Assembly: GCA_965655095.1 (NCBI GenBank)
Contig: OZ296650.1
Location: forward strand, 63,488,001-63,552,000
Length of the DNA stretch: 64,000 nucleotides
From: Haplodiscus bocki
Lineage: Eukaryota
Reading direction: 5' to 3'
Under the pieces are notes generated by a model. That model was not told where the DNA came from. It saw only the letters and a program-made list of their open reading frames with translations, and ran no database searches. Shown here one piece after another: positions 54,121 through 64,000 of the stretch (within the stretch, counting starts at the first letter, position 1; every line of letters starts with the position of its first letter). The translations under genes were made by a program, and so were the position numbers.

Positions 54121-55462
54121 ATTCTTCGAAGGGAAAAATCTTGTCAGCGGTAAAGACTGAATTTAATTTATCCTTATTTTTCGGTAACTATCTCCTCTTA
54201 GTATGAGGGAAAAGTCTTGATAAATACAATCAGTCAAGTTGTTTTGAAAAGGAAAAGATGGTACCAATACCGAAAGGCTAAAATTTATAAAAAAATAATT
54301 GTACTTTCATTTCTCCTATTTATACCTTTCCTTGGCGGGAAAACATAATTGTTTACACGCCAGATTAAGGTACAAATAGGGAAAAGTACTTCAATCATAT
54401 TATTTATCAAAGAAAAGGATGTCGACTCTGGCGGGAAAGAAACACCCTTCCATCCATTTCTTCCCTCACGGAACGCGTCCTTTCCATCTTTCGACAGAAA
54501 TAAGTACGGTCCGATCCGTCGGAAATGGACATCAAAGTGGTTATTCCCGCGCCGACATAATAAATAATAACAAAAACAAAAGATCAAAGTTATTTCCATA
54601 CCGGGAATAAAAACAATAATACAGTCGGAAAATAATTTAAAGTATGGAAAAATGAAGTGTACAATATAAAAAGATTCATGATTACATGCTGCATCGAATA
54701 AAACTACTGTTTGGAACAAACTAGGCGTTTTTTTGAGCCCGTTCCACGTTTTTACCAGCTCAGGCCTCACTTTGGCCGGAGTGATCCGTGGCGACTACGT
54801 AGCCGCTTGTAGCACTGCTTTCCGCAGTACTACTGAAGAAAATGATTCTGGTGGCTACGTAGACGTCCCGTGGCCGTCCAAAGTGAAACAGCGTAGTAGC
54901 ACAGCGGATTGGCTGAATATCTAGTGATGTCACCAGATTAGTTACGACGGAACACATACGGAACAAATATTCACTTTTAAAGTCAAGCTCTGTTCTAAAA
55001 GTTAAGCTATTGAAAACTTGTTAAAGCTGTCATTCTGAATAGATTACTGCACAATCAAAAAGGTGGATTTTTATTATAAATATTTAGATTAATTATATAA
55101 AAGAGCACCTAAAATTATTCTAAAAATACAGTGAATATTCGTTTGCTTCGCATCTATTCCGTCCCAACAAGGATCAGTTCACCAGAATTACACTTATGGG
55201 ATACGTGCTTTTACATGGAATGAATATTATGGGATGATACGTCACTACTAAGTATCATCTACATAAATTACATGTGTGCGTACTAGGTGGAAACGTATCT
55301 ACTACGTATCCTTAATTATAATTGAATGAGTTCATGTTTTGAATAAACGTTTGAGTAGGTAGGTTTGAGTGTTTCTACAGTTTTATTTCCTTCTTGATGG
55401 ACCTGGGATGTCCTTCGTTGAGGGGATCGTCTGACCGCAGGCTTCGCAGATGTTCTGCGACA
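53695..55462 (-). repeat. 5' LTR (1768 bp)
   Basis: TGTCGCAG...TGGTGACA; homologous to 40336-42101. Confidence 0.92.
54317..54324 (-). promoter_or_regulatory. LTR TATA box (also at 40956-40963 and 3193-3200)
   Basis: TATAAATA is conserved in all three LTR copies, ~180-200 bp upstream of the gag ATG. CCAAT and TGACGTCA-like motifs lie further upstream. Confidence 0.65.
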
Positions 55463-57229
55463 GTGGCCATTTATCTTGCTATCTTTTTTCATTTTTTTCT
55501 GAGAAAAAGTTTTTCTGAGCACCGTTTTTTGAGTATCGAGCTCCAACGAGGTATTTATCGATATTGCGCGTCTGGAAGTTTTGGATGTTTACAATTGCTG
55601 CAATTTGATGTCTGTGGGCTTCAAGTGTCTCTATGGGAACTCCTGCATTTGGCGTTCGTGTTCCGTTACTTCTATAAATTAGGAGTGAAATAAAAATCAA
55701 ATCGTTCCAAGTCAAGATTTTTTGAAGACAGTCCAGAACTGCCCCAAACAGATTTTGTGGTTTTTTTACGCATCTTTGGCGTGTGGATTGAGGCTCGGAC
55801 TCGGCGCAAAAACTTACTTGTCTTCAATTTTTTCTCTGAAAGTTAGGTGCTTAATCAGCCACTCCTTGTAGTAAACTTGCTCCAATGACGACGACCTTTT
55901 GGCAAAAAAGAGGGAATCACCCTTTTTGATTACCACGTTTTAAAACAGAGAGAGTTTTTTTTAGGAAAAGTATTTCAATTGAATCGCGTGGCTTGTTTAC
56001 TCTATCTAGATTATAGTGTTAACCACCAAAATGCGATTTATACCAGCCTTCAATTCCCATTTTTTTCTCGTTTTTCTTCAAATTCTCACACATTGCATCA
56101 ATTTCTTACCTAAATTCAACCAAAAACACAGGAGCAAGCATAAATTTATGCTTATCATGGAAGAATTGAAGAAAATCATAGAAATAGAAAGAAAATGAGG
56201 AAGAATTGGAAAATAAGATTGGGTGCTAATTGTGTTTTGGTTCTTAGACGCTAAACTGTAGGCTAATGATAGGGAAAAACTTAGTCAAAAGGTCTTGAAA
56301 GCTGGCTTTCCATGTCCAATGCCGTAAGATATCAGCCATCCATGTCAAAGAGCAGGTCAATATACTGCGAGAAAAGTACAACTAAAACCAAATTCGAATA
56401 AAAACCGTCGTTTTGCTCATTTTTCCATCTTCAGAGATATTTTAAGGTGTGTCCAAATCTAAACTTGAAAAATTGACTATCATGCAGGTTATATAAGACC
56501 TCTTCATTACCACTCAAAATATAATTTATGTTCAGATAGTGGTTCACTCACCGGAAAAAAGAAAAAAAAACGTCTTCAGCAAACCTTTTTTCTAACTTTT
56601 ATGAACGTTATAACACAAAAAAACTATCTGGATGGCCTAATGTTATCGCTTCTTTGGAATAATCTTCCATTTGGGCGATACTGACTGTGCTTCTGTCTTG
56701 GGAGGAACTACTTGTGGAAATATGTTTTTGTTTTTGAGTAATGTCACTGCTTTAGTTAAACAAACTTGTAAAAAGCATATTGAATGAAATAATCAACCTC
56801 TGTTTAAATTAAAAGTAATATCTAAAAGTGATTCCATAAATTTCTAAAGAAAAGCTGACATTTTCGTTTAAATGAAGTAGATCTAGAATTTGTTTTTATC
56901 ATCATCCAAGGTGAGTTGAAAGTCAAATGATTGAATACTAATTTTTTAAAAACTGAAGAACAGTACCCGTTTTCAAAGGTTGGTAAAATAAAAACTATAA
57001 ATGGAGATTTATAATCAATTTCGTCTGAAAAGTTTTGATTTTCTCAAACTTCTTTTCTCCTTCAGAAGTTAAATAAGTTGTGTTTAGGTCTAAAGTAAAC
57101 AAAAAAGACTACAATGGAGGTAATGTAGGTCTAAATTTTGTCAAACAAAGATCACGGTTAAAAAAATTCAGTTTTTTAAATGGTAAAACAACGTTTAATT
57201 GATTTGAAGCAGTTTTTTCCTTAACCTGC

Positions 57230-57900
57230 CAGAAGAAACTTTTCCACAAATAAAACTGTGGTCAAACACTTTGTCCAAACTATCAGGTGAGATTGACTAG
57301 ATATGGTAAAAAATCTATCAAAAAATACAAAAGCTTTAAATTTATCTTATTTATAATTGATACTTCTGGTAAAAATCAATAGCGAGCAAGATTAAAAAAC
57401 AAAAAATCTCAATTTAAAACAAATGAGTTTCCTAATATTGTTCGCAAACCTAATCAAAAACTGAGTGTAACTAAAACAGATAACGGAAAAGAAGTTGTAG
57501 AAAGTGTTTTTACTGAGTTCGTAAGTGGTAAAATATTAAAAAATATTGTAGATACTTACCTAAAAGAACACTTTCTGCCAAAATACCCTATAGAACAGTT
57601 TTCGGAAAAACAAATACAAATTGGATTTACGAACTACCAAAAGTACTTGAAACATTTAAAAGCAATATCAATTCTTCAACAGAAGCGGCACCACTAAAAA
57701 CATCAAAAAAATCGAAGTAAAATGGAGTATACAAGAAAGTCACAGAGGAACGCAAAAAACAAAGCCAAAATTTCCAGTAAATTTAAAGTAGGCACAAATA
57801 GTTTTTCAAAAAAGTGTTACTACATTTTGAAGTTGTGAATTTTTTGAGAAGCGAAATTTAAAGATAACACAAAACCAAATTACTGCCTAAAATGTTCTTT
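57230..57900 (+). pseudogene. Decayed Polinton/Maverick-type integrase; the A-rich flank 56500-59500 may belong to the same relic
   Basis: Translation FKFILFIIDTSGK..LKNKKSQ..IVRKPNQKLSVTKTDNGKEVV..FTEF resembles c-integrase motifs (vIDxFSK, K-P..TDxGKEF). Confidence 0.6.
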
Positions 57901-60900
57901 GAAAAGTATGATCAAGCTTTTTTTCGACAAAAGTAGCTTCAACAAAAACACAAAAAGTTCATATAAGTGAAAAATGAAACTTTTCATAATTAAAAAATAT
58001 AATGATCACTATGAAATTTTGTTCTATTCCTGAAAAAAATATGAAAAATCCAAATTTTATAGACTCTTAAAATCAAACAAAAAACAATCTTAAAACAGGT
58101 ACAAAGCAAAACGAAAGATTTTTGAAAAAGATTCAGGAGAGAAATCAAAAAACACGAATGCCAACCTAAGACAATTAAAAAGACACTCGGTTACCTCTGG
58201 GGTATTTTGCGCTCTCCAACCTTGTTAAAAACGAATTTTAGACGGACGCTACCGTCTTTTTTTTCAAAAAACACGGTTTCTTTCCATATTTTCTAACCTG
58301 TCTAACGTTTAAAAGTTTCCATTTTTTGTCAAAAAAACCTCAAAAAAACGTGGAGAGACTACTTCGAGAAAAAAGACCCTTTGGAACACATTATAGTAAA
58401 AAAATTCGTCCCATGTAGTAATTTTGATAAATTCCAAGATTTTTTCGAAAAAACCCAACTATTTTTCCAAAAAAAAAACAAATTTTAAACGTTTTGAGAA
58501 ATCTTATTTACCCAGCTCAGTCTACGCAAAAACTGTTAAAGTTTAGTGAAAAAAAATTTACGTTCAGGAACGTGAACCAACATCGTTTCTGTGTGCGAGC
58601 AGTTGGCAAACATTGGTAAAAAAAACTCCAGAGAAAGCCCATTTGAGGGGAAGTTTTTGTTTCCGTATTTTAAATCCGGCGCAAATTACAAAAAAATAAA
58701 TGTGTTGAGTGTAATATCCACAACAAACAAAACATTTCCGAAAAACTAAGTAAATGTAAATTTCATTCCGTTAACCATATCAAGTAAAACGCTGAAAACT
58801 CACGCCAACGTGAGATTTGAAGCTTTTTTGTTGGAGAACAAAAAAATTTTCATGAAATAGCACAAACACATTAAAAAAACAAATGAGATGTTGTTTTTCT
58901 AAGTGAAAACCTATACCCTGCATTCTTTCTGAAATCGAAGTAAGAGAATTGTGTGCTAAAATTAATTTGAATCCACTTTACCCAAATTTAATCGATTTAT
59001 TCTTTTTAAAAAATTCTAAGTGCATTTAATAAAAGTTTATGAAAGAAAGTTTAATGAAAGATCGTAAATTATCTTTTGTCATGTTTGTAAAAAGTTGCGA
59101 TAAAAGTTAAACAACACGTTTTGTGTAAAACACTTCCAAAGTACTTTTGAAAAAAAATAGGAAAAATCTTTCTTCTGGCTCTTATTGTAAAAATTCTGAT
59201 AATTTAGAAGGTTGTCTTGAACTTCTGAGAAACCATACGAGAAGATACAAAACATACTCAGAAAATAATCATGAATATCCTCATAAAACTTGCTAAAGTC
59301 TATGTAAAAAGTACGTTAACAATCGAAAAAACCTTACTTTTTTTTCAACAACAGAAAACTGATATAAAAATCTAGAGTTACTAACATAGGAACTTTTTTC
59401 AACAAAACTTTTTATTGAAAATGATACCAATTGAACTTGTCATATTCACACCTACATTCGCATCCAAAAGAACAAATGCCGAGAAAGCACCTGTAAAAAA
59501 AAGACGAACACCGAGGGACAGAAACCAGGAGCCTGGAGTAAGAGCCAGAGACCCATAAAACTCAAACTTTACAATAAATTCATGTTTTTATGGTTATTAT
59601 TCAACAGGGATTTTTGAATTATCTTTGCTTTTGATCTCTAGAGTGCTGAAAGTTTGAATCTTAGTAGCCCCAAGTGATAGGCAATTTTTTACGCAACCCA
59701 TTGAGGTTTGGATTAGCACATCTGACCCAATTGGCAGGTATAGTTGGAACCCGCACGCACACTCGAGGTTTAGAGTTAACCTAGCATCAAGGACAAGGAA
59801 ATTTTTAGTGGTACTGTGCCTGGTGCTTAGCAACGTCAATGTATATAGTATGTTCTTCTGGGAGCCTTCTGTTACAAGAAAAGTTGACGGAGGATTGATG
59901 ATTCATAAACGAAAATTGCTGAGATGTTAACCCGAGTGCATTCATGTAACCAGCACTTGACTTCTGGAACCATTAGTTCTGTATAGTTGATGCAAAAAGC
60001 GCAACAGCGCTGCGATGTTTCCATCGGCGAGGTCGCATGGAAGATTGATAGCGAACACTTCACAGAATTCGGACAAAATATTCACACTTTCTCTAAACGC
60101 AATTTTCCAAACAACAGCGGCTTTTATATTATTCGGCTCATCTGTGTTTTGATGCAACAAAGCAAAACAAAACAACTTGAAGGGAACATCAGCGCATAGC
60201 TGTGGAGTGAAAGGTGTTTGGTTTCGGAAACAAAACCGTTATATCTTGCAGTTTTGGATTTTTCCCATCAATTAGAGTTCCGACGGAAAAAAGACTTTAT
60301 GATTTCGGTGTCAAATGAACATCAGGGAAGTATTCATTGATTTACCGTTTTCACTGAGGGAGTTATTGTTTGAGGGATTAATGGAAATAAGTAGAATTGG
60401 AAAAAAATGTGCCCGCAAATCAATGTAAGTCAATACTTTTGGCATTTCATGAATTTTTCTAGCTTTTCTTGAGTTTTTGCTGAAACTTGTTCTACAAATT
60501 GAAGATTGTTCATCAATAACTTGATGGAAGAAAATAACCAGGTAGTTTCGGCAAAAAGGATTTCAAAGGTCGCGAAATGTTGATGCTGAGGGAAAATTTT
60601 GGCCTGTTCGGCATATCAAGAATCCACTGCAGTGATCAAAATCTAACATTTTCGTGTTGACTAATTTCCCACAAAAGATTAATTTTTTTCAGGCCGTGAA
60701 AGAAGATATCAAACTAGTGTTTCCAAAGGGAAATGAATTTGAAGATCAACAAAAGAAAATACTAACGGATTTTGTTGCATTTCCGCTTTCTCATGTAATG
60801 AGCAAAGTCTCTGATTTCAGCCATAAGTGCTCCTTCAAATTTAATTCTGTCGATTAGGATTTTGACGGTGGAAATCAAGTGAGTAGTGTTGGAGAATGTT

Positions 60901-62729
60901 GAGTTTGGGAATCGAGAATATTCACTTAGAAAGAAACTTTTTGGCTAATTTGGCCTATCAGGATTGCTATGCCATAATCAAACCCGGCGTCTTTGAGTTG
61001 AATTCTCCATTACGGAGGCAAAACACTCGATTGAGGTGCTAATGGAGAAACTCAAGCAGGTAGCTTCAAAAAAGTTGACAACGAGTCGTTATTGATGGCT
61101 TTTTTGCAACTTTCGGTGTATGAGGATTACAATGTAAAGTACAAATTCCAAATTTCGGTGTTGAGTGCCGTTCTACAAGGTGATATCTGTTGACTGATAC
61201 AAAGAAACAAGAAATTTGGCTCGCAGTTTCAGAGGAAAATGAGTTCGGTCACCGAAAAAAATCAACATTACCTTTTCGACATTTTCGGGTCAAAAAGATT
61301 GGGCAAAAAAGATTTTCCAGCCGAGATGTTTTTCTTTTTTTTTTCATCCCGCAAAACATCAGATTACGGTTGTTGCAAGTTTTACTTCAAATCTCTCACA
61401 ATCTTTTTTCCCAATGAGCAATTGTTCAATCATTATTTTTGAAAAATTTTATTCAAGTTAAATGTTTTTTCGAAGGGAATCGGCTTTTTCTTCGGAATTT
61501 TTGGTTTTGTTTGAAAATCATGTCAGATTTTTCGATTATTCCCAAATTTTTCAAACTTTAATTGTCTAGGCACAAAAAAACCAAAATTTTCAAAAACATA
61601 AAATACACAATATTGTTCTCCGGTGTTTTCAAACTATTTTCTGTAATAGTAGAAGTTGATATAAATAATGTGGAATAAAGAAGTTCAAAATCTCAAAAAC
61701 TGTTTCGCCGTGAAAAAAATTTCTTAGATCTTGCTACGATTAGAGAGGTAAAGTTTTCATTTCATCAAAATTGGAGCAAAATTCAAAAACTTTGATACCG
61801 TAATTTTTGGGCATTTTGGATCATTTTTCTCTGCCTCCAAGTTTTGGGTCATTAATTTTCCTTAAATATTTCGTTTTTATAACTAATTTGATTGGCCTTG
61901 CACCGTCCCCGGCATTCTATTAAGCGTTTGTTTAAAAAAATCTTGAGCTTCAGAAATTTCCGTTTTGACAATCCAAAAGAAAATTTTATTGTAGCAAGAT
62001 AGAGATAAATATAGCGATTTCTCTTCATTTCGGAAAGCTGTAATTTCAGACAATTTTCACATTGCAAGTCGAATCCAGGTAACTCCCCGGTTATGTCTGG
62101 GACGAAAGTGACATTCCAAGCGGTGAAATAAGTTGAAGAAAGACGCACAAAGACACAACTTCGAGAATCTGAGGCCAGAAGTAAAGTTTAAACTCATTTC
62201 CTTGACAAACGGACAAATTTAACTGGAATGTTGTTGGAATAATTTTTCTCAAAGATGGAATGACATTAGAATTTATTCCTCCAAGTGGTGCAAAAGCTTC
62301 AACTCAGAATGAGGAGATCTAAGTTAGAAGACCTAGTCTTTGTCATTTTCAAACATACAACCAGCTATCGTATCCTTGCGCTTTCGTGATCCTCGCAGGT
62401 ATCCGAGCATAGTGGGGGAATTGGATTTATTTTGATTCGGGAGCATACGCTCGGCTTGCTTGATGAAATAACTATGCGTAATGATTGCTAAAGCTCATAG
62501 TTGCATATAGACGTGATTTTTGGTAAATTCGGTGCTGATATTTTTGAAAAAATATGCCCAAAAAAAATTTTGGAACACTGGCCCAACTTGAAAACGGAAA
62601 AACTAGTGAAATCTTATGAACATTCTGATTAACAATTGTTTATACGGCAGTGGTCTAGTTATTTTACTTTTCGACAGTTTGAGCTTCAAAAATGCGGTTC
62701 TAGATAATAAAACATGTTCCCACCCAATG

Positions 62730-63115
62730 TTTGGCGTCTTGGTTTTCTTGCCAAGAAATTTCTTGGATTTTTGACATTTCTTGCCAAGATCTTGGCAATT
62801 ATTCTTGGCAAGGTTCGCAAGAATTTGCAAGATTTTTCAAGATCGTGGGAAGAAATCCAAGAAAACTTTTGGACTTCTTGGCAAGAAAACCAAGACTGTC
62901 CAAGATCTTGGCAAGAGGACCAAGAAAAATCTTGGATTTCTTGCCCAGAAAATTCTAGGATTTTTGAGTTTTCTTGCCAAGATCTTGGCAATTAATCTTG
63001 GCAAGGTTCGCAAGAATTTGCAAGATTTTTCAAGATCGTGGAAAGAAATCCAAGAAAATTTTTGGACTTCTTGGCAAGAAAACCAAGACTATCCAAGATC
63101 TTGGCAAGAGAGCCA
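62730..63115. repeat. Tandem duplication of a 193-bp unit rich in palindromic CTTGCCAAG/CTTGGCAAG motifs
   Basis: 'ttgccaagatcttggcaatt' occurs at 62781 and 62974, and the two units are near-identical. Confidence 0.9.
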
Positions 63116-63357
63116 TGAAAAGCTTGCATCAAAGTAATACAAGATCTATAGATATCTTATAAGCAATTATCTTTGAAAACTCAAAAAAGGGGCTACTCTT
63201 GCGTGTGCTTTTATCTGAACCTCAACTTGGCCTGACCAAAAAGAATGAAGCAAAAATAAATTCAAATAAAATGGAGGCCAAAATCAAACATATTGGAATG
63301 AAAACAATGGTCCAAACTTCTTCCGTCAAAATGTGTGATTTTTTCGATCTTTTTCGG

Positions 63358-63557
63358 NNNNNNNNNNNNNNNNNNNNNNNNNNNNNNNNNNNNNNNNNNN
63401 NNNNNNNNNNNNNNNNNNNNNNNNNNNNNNNNNNNNNNNNNNNNNNNNNNNNNNNNNNNNNNNNNNNNNNNNNNNNNNNNNNNNNNNNNNNNNNNNNNNN
63501 NNNNNNNNNNNNNNNNNNNNNNNNNNNNNNNNNNNNNNNNNNNNNNNNNNNNNNNNN
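63358..63557. other. Assembly gap (200 N)
   Basis: Run of N. Confidence 1.
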
Positions 63558-64000
63558 AGTCAAATCATTTCCTGACGGCCTGCATGAAACGTTTCAAATA
63601 TATACAATTGCCAGCCGCCCTACAAAAAAATCACTTTCATGATGAATCATACTAGAGTTCATCTGCTTTATCGAAATGTTTGATATTTTACAAACAGGTT
63701 GTTGAGCTCTTGGAGCTTTGACGAACTCTCACTTATAGACAAGTGCGCACATTATCTCAAGTTGCAATGTTTTACACCTTCACCGCAAGCCTGACTACTT
63801 CTTCGCACTTTATTTCTCAATTGGCTTTACGTCAACAAAACTAGTTCAACTTTAATTGAACCTGTCTCAAAAACAACTGTCGACTCCTACTCAACTGACC
63901 GTACTCGTTCTTGAAATTGATTTGACCGTTGCTGGTCCTATCTCAACAAGTCTGTTTCTCTGTCTATACAGACTTTAGTTCTTCCAGAGAAATAAAGACT

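Larger units (their letters stand above)
40336..55462 (-). mobile_element. Ty3/gypsy LTR retrotransposon (copy B), ~15.1 kb, non-functional, with accessory region and internal insert
   Basis: Two ~1.77-kb direct repeats with TG..CA ends, a PPT, and gag-PR-RT-RH-IN order. No matching TSD. Confidence 0.93.

Noticed and set aside
62603-63162. Several overlapping ORFs
   Set aside because: Artefact of a stop-poor palindromic repeat.

Overview
Repeat-rich, AT-rich animal genomic DNA with two 200-N scaffold gaps. The repeat families recall an acoel such as Symsagittifera, but that is unverified recall. Two intact spliced host genes lie head-to-tail on the minus strand: RPS15 (2 coding exons, 29794-28454) and a MacroD-type ADP-ribosylhydrolase (5 phase-compatible exons, ~27794-13351). 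The 11.4-kb MacroD intron 2 holds a complete hAT transposon (CAGGG TIRs, 8-bp TSD) and probably a decayed LINE. Other decayed elements are a CR1/L2 LINE, a BEL/Pao element, a Polinton-like integrase, a gypsy RT remnant and satellites. The most unusual feature is a ~15-kb Ty3/gypsy element (40336-55462, minus), with a second partial family member at 1-3443. Its 1.77-kb LTRs contain the first 142 codons of gag. The LTR end motif is repeated in-frame every 42 bp where a tRNA primer-binding site should be. An extra ORF crosses the PPT. Between pol and the 3' LTR lies an antisense, multi-intron BED-finger gene next to a second LTR-like terminus.
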